DNA from: Daphnia carinata | Taxonomy: Eukaryota | Assembly (NCBI RefSeq): GCF_022539665.2 | Contig: NC_081331.1 | Span: 5,766,001 to 5,830,000, forward strand | Length of the DNA: 64,000 nt | Direction of reading: 5' to 3' | In this document: piece by piece, positions 40,132-52,006 of the stretch | How the letters are laid out: every line of letters begins with the position of its first letter | How positions within the stretch are numbered: position 1 is the first letter of the stretch | Notes under the pieces: model-generated | What the model was told of the DNA's origin: nothing | Database searches by the model: none | What the model saw: only the letters and a program-made list of their open reading frames with translations | Program-made: the position numbers and the translations under genes

Positions 40132-42241
40132 AAAATGGTAAAATAATGAAGGAAAAAGTTTTTTTTTTCTTCCATAAAGTTAATGCCCGGACACGTACTT
40201 AATACGCACCCAAAGTTAGAAAGGGGGGGGGGGGGGGGGGAGGAAAGTTTTTTTTCCGAAATCCAGAAGCCCCTCAAACCACAAAAAGCAAAAAAAAAAA
40301 AAAAAAAAAAAAAAGAAAAATACTTGATGGTTGTTGTACATACGGTACTACAATAATTTTAAATGGGAGTGGAGAGGAAATAAGTTTTTCCAGTTTAGAA
40401 AAACGGGTCAAACATTTGAACAGCTGGGGACTTGAAACCTGCAAAATCTATTCCACCCTCATATTTCCCAAAAGGTTCTTTCTCCCTCTTTTTTTTTTTG
40501 TTAAATGGAACAAGAATAGGAGGAGTTGTGTGATGACATTCTGACGGCCTAATTGGCAGGGGGTGAACACGCTCATTCCTTTAGCCCAGCAGGTATGCAC
40601 TTACTCAGGTAGCGACTTTTCTTCAATGACCCTCTGTTGTTAAGAAGCACGTCCCTACAAAAAAACTTTTTGTTTCAAAACTTAACGAGAAAAGCTCAGA
40701 AGCTTAACTCGACCGATTTATTTATTGTTTTTCTTTTTTTCTACTGAAATCAACCAGTTCCTCCTTTTTGTTTTGCCCCCCGCACCTTTGGTTTTCACTG
40801 GATATTGAACGGATGACAGGAATTGATTATTTTTCAGAACCCATCCCAATCGCCTTAACGAAGAAGAAAATGTTCAGCTGCTTCGATATGTTTAGAAGAA
40901 AAAGAAGAAAAAAAAAAAGGATTTTTGAATTCTAGTTGTGAATTGAAAAGGTGCCAACAGACAGAAAGAAGAAGAAAATTCCATGGAAACGAATCCGGAA
41001 TTGGACACGGGCAGCGGAGCCCAAAATTTCAATGGAGCGGAAAACGTTTCGACACAGTTGTGCCGACACAACGAGGCGTTCAGGAGGAAACTTCTCGGAT
41101 TTCAATTAACAGCCTCCCCCCACCCCTAACCCTCCGTCTACATACAAGCAATTTAGACATGGCTATAGTGTAGTAGTACACGAAAAGTTAGTAGCAGCGA
41201 AAAGTTTCGAAACTTTTGTGGATGAGAAAAACCGGATGGGTCCTTGTCACATGTCACACAGCCAGCCCTTTAAGTTCTACATCGACCGAAATATAACATG
41301 TCTATGAAAAAGGAGTCCATTTGAACAGATACACACGAAATAAAGGCTTCCGGCATCCGCTCTCCTAAAAAAGGGAAGACGGAAAGAACACACGTGCTAA
41401 CGGTGCCCAAAAGAGTTTTTTCACATCCAAAACACGAAAAGGTAAAGACATGTCAAGTGATTCTCACATTCAATAACGTTTGAATGATGATGGCATTGTT
41501 TAATAAAAACAAAAAAATTCCTAACCGACACACGTGATCGATAAATTAAATGGAGCCCAAGACATTTCCGTCAGCCACAAAAGAAAAGAAAAATGCCGAC
41601 TGCAAATAAACAGAGGGAAACGGAAAGACTTATTTCTCGGTAGACACTCAAATTGGTATATTAAATAACTAGCTAGTAGAGAGAAAAAAATGTTAAAGCA
41701 AAAGGAAAAAAAAATGGGGGATTGAAAGTCTAATGATATACACAGTTGCAACAAGTCCTCCTCTTTGAATTGGGCATTCATTGTCTTCTTTTTTTTTGCT
41801 AAGCACCTGGATTCGTTGGCTTTGTTTTCTACATTTTTTGTGTTTCACGATGCGCACGGCTTCACGTGATTATAGGGGAACTGCTGATGCGTTTGAACGA
41901 TTGACACGACTAAAGACTTGCAAAGTATCAGTTCAATCTGACAAACCCCACACACAGTAAAAAAAAAAAAACGAGACTGTTCTGATCAGTCACACGATCG
42001 AGATTTTCAAGGCTGGCTAGAGACTATTTGTAAACACTTATTGTTTTAATTTACCTGCTGCAATGGGAAGTGTGGATTGTGGGACGTCTCGGTCGGGCAA
42101 TCCTCTGGCGCGATAGGCCGAACGAACCGACGAGCAGCTCACGTTGTTACTGGGTGATGTTGGCAGAGAGGCGTTAACGATGGTGAACCAAATCAGCAAC
42201 AGGAGCCATCGGTGAGAAATGAAAACTAAAGGAGAAGCCAT
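28658..42241 (-). CDS. dlp: Glypican, dally-like/GPC4-6 type. Exons 42241-42055, 34883-34695, 31795-31561, 31390-31234, 31039-30874, 30788-30658, 30156-29977, 29596-29478, 29336-29167, 29094-28658
   Basis: Signal peptide, [64 protein letters not shown], a GSGSGSGSG heparan-sulfate site with acidic flanks, and a hydrophobic GPI-signal-like C-terminus. Confidence 0.92.
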
Positions 42242-43474
42242 TTTCACTTTTGGGGGTTGGTCAAAACTTGTTGCCCTTTTTTCGATTTTTGGCACGATGC
42301 GACTCCAACGGCGTGGCGAGAAGAATGGCCGCTGTTTTTTTTTTTAGTTTCAAATATTAAAATAGAAAAACCACAAGGAAATGTGTGTTTTTAACTTTTT
42401 TTTTTTTTTCTTTTCTAATTTTCTTCCCCCTTTTTTTTTGACGGCCTTGGAATGTTTTCGAGATGGAAATTTATACAAATCACTCCCGGCTGCCGAACGG
42501 ATGAATCACCATCGTTATTTTGTTGTTTTCTAAACTTTTCGATGGCTCTCTCTCAAAACGACCCACAATAAAACACACAAGGGTTTGAGGATTAATAAGG
42601 GAATTGTGCACACTGCCGACCAAAACTGTGACGACTGAAACCAAATTTTTTGTTAAAACTTGGCTTACAGCAACGAGGATGAGAAACAGAATATGAACAA
42701 GCGTGGAGAGACAGGACGCGGCAGGACGCACACGCGAACCGATCGTTACTTGACTCTCGACTGATTCGACTCGGAACTTTAGCAGCGAAACCAAGAAGTC
42801 TCTCCTCCCCTTACCTTCGTCGCTATCCAAACGACAACAGCACCAAACAGACTGCGCGCGACAATGGCGCCAGGCTCTGATGCCTCTAGGGTTTGGAGGG
42901 GGAGTGAGCAAAATATACCGAAGAATTAAAGCGTTACGCCATCTATCGGTCGCATTGAAAGTACGGCGCTAAAAACCTTGCCTTATTTTTTTATTCTTTT
43001 TCTAACAACGAGCTTGCAGCTTACTATTCTTATTAAAATCTTGCATTTCTATTATTATTATAGTGAAAAAGTAAACTATTTCGACTCATGATGCCAACTG
43101 ATGTGAATTTCACAATAAATCTAATGAGTTTGGCTATAAGTCATCAGCATGATCAACAAGTGGTCGGCCGGAACATTGCCGTCTCGATATTCGGCGTTGA
43201 GGTAATTATTTCAGTCATATTTTCTGATTTTAAATGGAATATAAAGAAAACTAGTATCTGAAATGCATTTGAAAAAAACTACTGAACGCGAAAACATAAA
43301 AGATAATGCCACAATTTTGAAATTGAACTTTTAAAATCAAAATTTCGAGTTCAAACGACAAGGAAAACGAAGTTCGTCATGAGATAGGTACTTAGGGAGA
43401 GCAAGCTAAGCAGAATCTAATCGATATTTTCCTGACTTTAAAGCTCGTCATCAGCGACTTGCAAGTTATCGAAA

Positions 43475-45448
43475 ATGCCTATCAATACTTCATTTCCAAT
43501 TCCCAAACCTCTCCCAGGATTGAAGAAAGCTTTTCCAAGTGTATCAGCGCGTGTCAACTCTTTCAGAGACCGCAAAGCTGTTTCCAAGTTACCAGCCACT
43601 TCTGCGGTTCCTCAAAGTTCCGGCAACGGTTCGAAATCTACCAACGTGAGCCAATCCCCGAGATCGCGTACTTATCACGATTCCTCTGGTGTTTCAGCTT
43701 GCCTCAAACCTGCCAACCCAGAAAAAGTGGAAGTTAAATCGAAAGTACCAGCACAAAAGCCGGTTGTTTCCAAAGCACCGGTGCCCCGGAAGAACACCAT
43801 CCGGGCAGATAGCGCAGTTGTGGTGGAATCCCCTCCAGTAGACTTTGTGCGCCAACCTTTCCGGGCCACACCTGCTCCTTCGAGCACCTACAAACCACCA
43901 AAGGATGGCTCGGCAGTTAAACAAGAACCTCAACGACCGGCCAAGAAAGACGCGGCCAAACCACCGCAGCCAGAAAAGGTGAAATCCGTACCTTTCCGTG
44001 CTCGACCTGTTCCTGCTAGCACATACAAGCCGTCTTTCCAACCGACGATGCGCAAAATCAACAAGGTCGTTATCGAAACCGAACAAGCCCCCGTGGAAAT
44101 TGTCAACGAGCCCACAATCGCCAATGAAGTGGAAATTGCTGAACCTACACACGAACCTGTTAGCTGCGAAACATCGAAGGTTTGTGAAACAGTGGCTTGT
44201 GAACCGGTGGTTTCTGAACCCGTGGTTTGTGAAGCGGTGGTTACTGAACCCGTGGTTTGTGAATCGGTGCCCGTGGTTTGCGATAAATTGGCTAAAATCC
44301 ATGCCCGAAAAGTCCGGAGGAGAAAATGTCGCAAGGCAAAGAAAGCGGCCGGGAGAGCCGAAAGGGCCGCTCAAGAGCAACAAGCAGCTCCCACAGAAGT
44401 ATCTGAGAAGACGGATTTGGTTACGGTAGCAGATACGAGTGAAAAGGAACCCGTGGTTTGTGAATCGGTGGTTTGTGAACCGGAGGTGTGTGAGCCGGTG
44501 GTTTGTGAACCGGAGGTGTGTGAGTCGGTGGTTTGTGAACCGGAGGTGTGTGAATCGGTGGTTTGTGAGCCCGTGGTTTGTGAGCCGGTGGTTTGTGAAC
44601 GCGTGCTTTGTGAACAGGTAGTTTGTGAACCGGTGGACGCACCGGCTGAAGCAAGCAGCTTGAACGCAGACGCTCGTCCATTTTTACCCCATCATCCCCA
44701 AGGGCCGGACGTGCCACCTTTCCTGCCAAAAGTGTTTATCAAGGATTGCATAAGAACTTATGTCCCTCAACAATGGAACCATTACACCCAACCACCTGAT
44801 TACGGCAACCTCTACGATGCAAATGGCACACCCTATTGGGACAGATCCATGGCCAGCTATCATTGCGTTCGCATGACAGAAGATAATTTCTACCAACATT
44901 TCCGTAAACATGGTGCTGCTGATGGACCCTTGCGAAGAGAAGCTGATGTCCAAGGCAATGGCGATCAAACGGCTAACGTCCATGTCCGCAAAGCCCGGTA
45001 TAGAAAACCCAAGAAGGCCGAATGGAATGCGTCGTACCAACGTAGGTTGGCCAGGAGAGCGGCCGAGAGAGCCGCTCAAGAACAACAAGCAGCTCCCACA
45101 GAAGTACCCGAGAAGACGGATTTGGCTACAGTGAGTGAAAAGGCAGATGAAAACTTAGATGCTTCCGTCGTTGTGGACCCGATTTCAGCTTCCATCGAAG
45201 AGGTTGGGTTACCTGAATCGACGTGCACTGCTGCTGTAGAAGAATGTTTACCTGTTTACACCCAATATGAATCCGTCGTTTATGTTTCTTCTGTTCAGCG
45301 TGAGAGGTCGGTCGTTAGAACTGCTAAATCAGCTGCATATGTCCGTGTTCGTGGAAGTAGAAAGAAGAGATCACGGGGTGAGTCCTACCGACGTAGATTG
45401 GCCCGGCGAGCACAAGAGAGAGCAGAAAGAGCTGCAATGGAAGCATAG
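43475..45448 (+). CDS. Intronless 657 aa protein with two PFRA(R/T)PxPxSTYKP motifs, EPVVC pentapeptide arrays and repeated basic helices (copy 1)
   Basis: Long ORF conserved in the duplicate. The F(R/K)ARPxP motif resembles TPX2/FAM161-type microtubule-binding motifs. Confidence 0.75.
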   Translation: MPINTSFPIPKPLPGLKKAFPSVSARVNSFRDRKAVSKLPATSAVPQSSGNGSKSTNVSQSPRSRTYHDSSGVSACLKPANPEKVEVKSKVPAQKPVVSKAPVPRKNTIRADSAVVVESPPVDFVRQPFRATPAPSSTYKPPKDGSAVKQEPQRPAKKDAAKPPQPEKVKSVPFRARPVPASTYKPSFQPTMRKINKVVIETEQAPVEIVNEPTIANEVEIAEPTHEPVSCETSKVCETVACEPVVSEPVVCEAVVTEPVVCESVPVVCDKLAKIHARKVRRRKCRKAKKAAGRAERAAQEQQAAPTEVSEKTDLVTVADTSEKEPVVCESVVCEPEVCEPVVCEPEVCESVVCEPEVCESVVCEPVVCEPVVCERVLCEQVVCEPVDAPAEASSLNADARPFLPHHPQGPDVPPFLPKVFIKDCIRTYVPQQWNHYTQPPDYGNLYDANGTPYWDRSMASYHCVRMTEDNFYQHFRKHGAADGPLRREADVQGNGDQTANVHVRKARYRKPKKAEWNASYQRRLARRAAERAAQEQQAAPTEVPEKTDLATVSEKADENLDASVVVDPISASIEEVGLPESTCTAAVEECLPVYTQYESVVYVSSVQRERSVVRTAKSAAYVRVRGSRKKRSRGESYRRRLARRAQERAERAAMEA

Positions 45449-45785
45449 AAGGACGTGGCTTAGGCTGCAGTGCCCCAAGTGCCTCAGTGAGTCATTTACT
45501 TTCTATTTTCAACACAATGTGTATCAAAATTCTCAAGTTTAACCTTTTTTTCGGCTTTCCTTTAATTCTAAACTTGTAAAGATGTCCTTCCCCAGTAGCA
45601 AACCAAAGGGACTAGGAGGTGAACCCGTAAACGGAGTTGTTCGTTGTCGTATGTGGGGGCTAACCTATTAATGTTTTCTTTCTGTTTCAATTGTCTTCTT
45701 CACGGCACAAGTTTGCGGTGCAAGTGACGGGATGGTGAGCAATATTGCCATCTCTCACTAGCACGCACTCGCCGGAAGAAGGCCA

Positions 45786-45890
45786 TCACGAGAGTTGAAT
45801 GTCTCGTGATGTTGGCAGAAGTTAACAAGTTGTCCCTCACGAGAGTTGATTGTCTCGTGATGGTGGCAGAGTTAATAGGTTGTCCCTCAC
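45786..45890. repeat. Two ~51-bp tandem units, each containing a CACGAGA...TCTCGTG hairpin (second copy at ~54050-54154)
   Basis: tcacgagagttgaatgtctcgtgatg...gttgtccc is repeated directly. Confidence 0.7.
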
Positions 45891-46471
45891 CTCTGCGAGA
45901 ATGCGCAATTACCTTTAGGGGGGAGTTTTTCCTTAAATGAGCCAATCAGTTCTGGAAGTGCGCTGCTATGGAGACATCTGAGCAAGTATTCTTCTCCTTT
46001 TTTCCTCTTTTTTCCTTATTCTTTTGCTGTTGTTTTTGTTCGGCTTGTCATGTTGTTAATTTACTGTTCTGTCAGTTGATTACGGCTTGTCATATTGTTA
46101 ATTTACTGTTCTGCCAGTTGATTACAAACAAAATTTTAAATCAATTTATTACCTTTGTTTTCTTTATTAATAATTGGATTTCAATCCAGTTCGTGCGTTG
46201 TTCAGGGTTATCCGCTAAGTATTTCCAAATTATTGCACTTTATTCGGTCAGAAGCTCCACAGTTATCAAGCAAAGGCAGTATGGGCGAATACATTGGATG
46301 TCTTGTTCCCAGTTTTCTTCCCCAAATATTCATTAGACAAAGCTAGATAGCACAAAGCAAGAGATATTACAGATGGCAATTTTATAATGGCAGAACAATT
46401 TAAACAGGCAAGATTAGTTCACAACGATTTGGATCTCCTGTTGTTTTACTACTGGGCATTACATGCCAAAT

Positions 46472-48961
46472 TTAAACTGAACCTCCATCTTTAAGAAATG
46501 CTGGCATTTGGATGAAATGATATTCATCCTTTCTATCAATCTTGCTAGTTTCATGGGCAATGTCTTCCGTTTTACATTTGCGAAATCGAATGTATTTTTT
46601 CAGGCTTACAATCGATTCCAGCGTTTGCCGCTGCTTTGGTTCTACGTTTTCTAACTTTTCATTTACTTTATCCTGGGCACATTTAACTACGCTTTCGAGA
46701 TCAGCATACGAGGGTTTTTCATTCAAATATGCTTCCCACAAAGCCTCACAGAGAGCTTGAATAAAAGAACTACCCAAATACTCTCTCACTTTACCGTTCT
46801 TGTATAATCGGTTGGCTTCGAAGCCGGCCAGAGTTGCTTTGATTGTTATGAAATCCATCAGTGGAGGATACTTCGTAAGTTTTTGTGGTGTCTCGCTTTC
46901 ACGGTTAGTATTAACTTCCATTCTTGGCGATTGGGCTATGGGAGGTGATTGCCCTTTACCTAGATAGAAGGAAAATCAAATCAAATTATTGCACGAAGGG
47001 TATTGATGAACTGAGAAATGTGAGTAGGTGAGTTACAAACCGAGTGCAAATAAAACGGTATTCCACATGTGGGAAATCAGCTTCGTAACGACGTGTGGCG
47101 AATGGCGAGAAGGATAAACTATATCCGTTTTGCTCTGGCTCAGTTCCCCCTGACAAGCCTGGACGATGAATATTTTGGGTTTGCCGTACAGACTGGGGCA
47201 CTTAGCTAAAGAGAACTCGTACTTAAGTTCATTAATATTAACGTAAAGACCATCGTAACACATGATTGTGTTCTCGGTTCCATGAGACAAAAGACATACA
47301 ACAAGGCAACCATAATCCTTCCAATTTTTTTTGGCCAGACTGTTGATATCGGATTTCAAATCAAACGATGCACTATTTTCAATAATTTTAATTTCGAAAC
47401 CCAATTCTTTAAATGCATCCTCTAACTTATCTCGGTCTTTGTCGCTCCCACCGCGGTTCTAGATTAAAACAACATAAAAGTAAATCAATAAAAATGATGG
47501 AGGATCAAATGGCGTTTGATAGTTGTTAGAATTTCCATCGTGGTACCTGTTTTTTATCTTGAAAAACCTGTTGGTTAAAGATAACACAAAGGCCAGGTTT
47601 CTTATATTTCTTATCACCTATCTTATAATCTTCGGAAGGGTTGTAATAAGGACTGCGAAGGACTTCTTCTAATTCTGGACGTTCACCCTCGTTGAACTTC
47701 AACATCGACTTGATAAGCTTTACTACGTTCTTGTTCTGATCGCTGAGAACGAACTCATGGTTTTTTTGATAGACGAAATACGTAGTATCTCGTATGTTGT
47801 CCCGACGCACTCCGTGATTGCCAAATGGATGTTTGGGTTCGTTGTTGCCCGTCCGTGCGGTTAGGACATAGTGATAGAAACAACCTAGAATGAAGACATC
47901 CAATTTTGTGCTGAGATCTTTTGTCTTATCCCCGCTTTCCGGTGCTTCCCATCCTTCTGATGCAGCAGATCCCGATTGCTTAATATCGTTCTCAGGGTCA
48001 TGCCTTCTGGTCAGACGAAAATCAGTTATTTTAACCACATATCGGCATGCACTGTTAACGGACGAATCCAATTTCTTAATAAGGAAGTTATTTGGCTTGA
48101 TGTTTCGGTGGATAAAGTTGTTTTCATGCAAATAATGGAGTCCTCTCGTTGCCTGTCGCAGGATTTCTTTCTCTGGCAAATCCAAGAGAATTTCTTGATC
48201 CAAACAGAATTTGTTGTTGAGCTCTCGATCCAAAAGATCTGCCACAGAACACAGGCACAGTTCTGTTGCAAGGTACCTGTGTAAATAATCAAAAAAGGTT
48301 TCAAAGTAAAGAATAAAAGGATAAATGCTGGTTGCTGATATACATATAGAACGAGTCCATTTCGTGAGCGAAAAAGCGGATAAAATTTTCGTGGGCTCCT
48401 AATTCCTTTAATATTCGACACTCCCGTTCAATTTCTTTCTTCTGATCTTTGCTGTGGTCTAACAATGTCTTTACGATGGCCACTGGAACATCGCAGTTGT
48501 AGTTGTAGAACCCTTTAACAATTTGTCTTTTGTTCCTTAATGAAGTTTTTTTTTTTTTATATTTTCTTCTCCTTCTGGATTGCCGGACAAATATAGAAAA
48601 ACGGGCTCTCCATTTTTGCTTTCAGTGTAAGCGTAGTAAAGATTACCATTATCCTCATGTTCTGCGACAAATAGAGAGAATTTCAAACAAGTGTTTTTAG
48701 TGATTAAACGTTTTTGGTTTCCCCCATGTCAGACGCAATCACAGGAAAATGAGACATACCGATATTTGGAATTTTCTCCTGAAGTGGAATGGGTAGCAAC
48801 GTTTCGTCGTCCGATTCAACCAGTGTTCCATCTCCTTGGCTTGGACTGGACTCCTGGAAATTGCGATCTAATCCTAATTGGCTGGTATCCGTAGCAGTAC
48901 TATTGGAGTTGTCAGCCTCCGTAGATAACACCCTGTGTCTTCTGAAGGTGCTCCGTTCCAT
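46472..48961 (-). CDS. IRE1-like pseudokinase-caspase fusion, copy 1 (exons ~48961-48760, 48661-48344, 48276-47547, 47458-47041, 46959-46472). Start uncertain; apparent frameshift in an A13 run in exon 2
   Basis: Kinase: HENFIRFF, GLHYLHENNFIHRNIKPNN, ITDFRL, SEGWEAPE, DVFILGC, HPFG. Caspase: PGLCVIFNQ, RGGSDKD, LSHG, KPKIFIVQACQG, GSSFIQALC. Confidence 0.85.
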
Positions 48962-50602
48962 TTTTTTGTTCCAGATGTACACACTGTTTGATGTCGTAAC
49001 ACAGTGTTTGATAAGTAGCCTGATTCTGTCCAAGTCGTTCTTCAACCACTCGTTGTGTCCGCTCACTGAACGTCTATAATATCAGATATATCCACGCATT
49101 TACATAAAACTTATGTGCAGAAAGTCGTTCGTTTTACTATCAGTGTAGTCTATAACACAATACGTTTTATCAGTAGTTAACAGATTAACCTTTTCACCTG
49201 TAGATATGAAATTATAGCTGGCGTTATCTGTCCTATCGGTTAACAACAACATTTGCTAGGTAAAAAAGCCATTTATTTATTCTTTTTTTCTTTTTTCTGC
49301 TGAAATCAAACAGTTCCTCCTTTTTTTTTTTGCTCCCCCCCCCCACCTTTGGTTTTCACTGGAAATTGAACGGATGACAGAAATTTATTATTTTTCAGAA
49401 CCCATCCCAATCGCCATAACGAAGAAGAAAATGTTCAGCTGCTTCGATATGTTAAGAAGAAGAAGAAAAAAAAGGATTTTTGAATTCTAGTTGTGAATTG
49501 AAAAGGTGCCAACAGACAGAAAGAAGAAGAAAATTCCATGGAATCGAATCCGGAATTGGACACGGGCAGCGGAGCCCAAAATTTCAATGGAGCGGAAAAC
49601 GTTTCGACACAGTTGTGCCGACACAACGAGGCGTTCAGGAGGAAAAACTTCTGGATTTTAATTAACAGCCTCCTTCCCCCTTTACCCCCCGTCTACATGC
49701 AAGCAATTTAGACATGGCTATAGTGTAGTAGTACACGAAAAGTTAGTAGCAGCGAAAAGTTTCGAAACTTTTGTGGATGCGAAAAACCGGATGGGGTCCC
49801 TGTCACATGTCACACAGCCAGCCCTTTAAGTTCTACATCGACCGAAATATAACAAGTCTATGAAAAAGGAGTCCATTTGAACAGATACACACGAACTAAA
49901 GGCTTCCGGCATCCGTTCCCCCCAAAAAAGGAAGGACGGAAAGAACACACGTGCTAACGGTGCCCAAACACAAAGAGTTTTTCCACATCCAAAACACGAA
50001 AAGGTAAAGACATGTCAAGTGATTCTCACATTCAATAACGTTTGAATGATGATGGCATTGTTGAATAAAAAAATTCCTAACCGAGAAACGTGATCGGTAA
50101 ATTAAAAGGAGCCCAAGACATTTCCGTCAGCCACAAAAGAAAAATGCCGACTGCAAATAAACAGAGGGAAACGGAAAGACTTATTTTTCGGTAGACACTC
50201 AAATTGGTATATTAAATAACTAGCTAGTAGAAAGAAAAAACTGTTAAAGCAAAAGGAAAAAAAAATGGGGGATTGAAAGTCTAATGATATACACAGTTGC
50301 AACAAGTCCTCCTCTTTGAATTGGGCATTCATTGTCTTCTTTTTTTTTGCTAAGCACCTGGATTCGTTGGCTTTGTTTTCTACATTTTTTGTGTTTCACG
50401 ATGCGCACGGCTTCACGTGATTATAGGGGAACTGCTGATGCGTTTGAACGATTGACACGACTAAAGACTTGCAAAGTATCAGTTCAATCTGACAAACCCC
50501 ACACACAGTAAAAAAAAAACGAGACTGTTCTGATCAGTCACACGATCGAGATTTTCAAGGCTGGCTAGAGACTATTTGTAAACACTTATTGTTTTAATTT
50601 AC

Positions 50603-50789
50603 CTGCTGCAATGGGAAGTGTGGATTGTGGCACGTCTCGGTCGGGCAATCCTCTGGCACGATAAGCTGAACGAACCGATGAACAGGTCACGTTGTTACTG
50701 GGTGATGTTGGCTGGGAGGCGTTAACGATGGTGAACCAAATCAGCAACAGGAGCCATCGGTGAGGAAAGAAAACTAAAGGGGAAGCCAT
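50603..50789 (-). other. Duplicated glypican first coding exon (signal peptide) with its promoter and intact donor
   Basis: [24 protein letters not shown]...PIAAG|gtaaat, a paralogue of 42241-42055. Confidence 0.85.
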
Positions 50790-52006
50790 TTTCACTTTTG
50801 GTGGTTGATGAAAACTTGTTGCTCTTTTTTCGACTTTTGGCACGATGCGCCTCCAACGGCGTGGCGAGAAGAATGGCCGCTGTTTTTGTTTTTTTTATTT
50901 CAAATATTAAAATAGAAAAACCACGAGGAAATGTGTGTTTTTAACTTTTATTTCTTTTTTTTCTAATTTTCTTCCACCTTCTTTTTTCGACGGCCTTGGA
51001 ATGTTTTCGAGATGGAAATTTACACAAATCACTCCCGGCTGCTGGACGGATGAATCACCATCGTTATTTTGTTGTTTTCTGAACTTTTCGATGGCTCTCT
51101 CTCAAAACGACCCAGAATAGAACACACGAAGGGTTAAAAATTGATAACGGAATTTGCATACTGCCGACCAAAACGGAGACGATTGAAACCAAATTTCTTG
51201 TTAAAACTTGACTTGCAGCAACGAGGAGGAGAAAACAGAATACGAACAGGCGAGGAGAGACAGGACGCACATGCGAACCGATCGTTACTTGACTCTCGAC
51301 TGATTCGACTCGGAACTTTAGCAGCCAAACCAAGAAGTCTCTCCTCCCCTTACCTTCGTCGCTATCCAAACGACAACAGCACCAAAAAGAATACGCGCGT
51401 CAATGGCGCCAGGCTCTAATGCCTCTAAGGTTTGGAGGAGTGAGCAAAATACGCAAAGAAATTGATTCGTTTACGACATCTAGCGATCGCTTTGAAAGTA
51501 CGGCGCAAAAAACCTTGTCTTTTTTTTTCTTTGTTTTTCTAACAACGAGCTTGCAGCTTACCCTTCTTATGAAAATCTTGCATTTCTGTTTTTATTATAG
51601 TGAGCTTAAACTATTTCGTTTCATGATGCCAATTAAATTGAATTTCATAACAAGTATAATCAGTTTCACTATAAGTCGTCAGCCTGATCAACAAGTGGTC
51701 GGCCGAAACACATTGGCGGCTCGATATTCAGCGTTGAGGTAATCATTTCAGTTATATTTTCTAATTTCACATGGAATATAAGGAAAACTAGTATTTGAAA
51801 TGCATCTGAAAAAAAAATACTGAACGCGAAAACATAAAAGTTAATGCCACAATTTTGAAATTGAATTTTTAAAATCAAAATTTCGAGTTGAAACGACAAC
51901 GAAAACGGAGTTCGTCATGAGATAGGGGCAGAGCAAGCTAAGCCGAATTTTATCGATATTTTCCTGACTTTAAAGCTCGTCACCAGCGACTTGCAAGTTA
52001 TCGAAA

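Noticed and set aside
31800..42050. Many 60-236 aa ORFs in glypican introns
   Set aside because: Low-complexity poly-F/K translations of A/T homopolymers and CA repeats, with no domain motifs.
44445..44635. 15-bp repeat array considered as a CRISPR-like array
   Set aside because: No unique spacers; it is an in-frame coding pentapeptide repeat in a eukaryotic gene.
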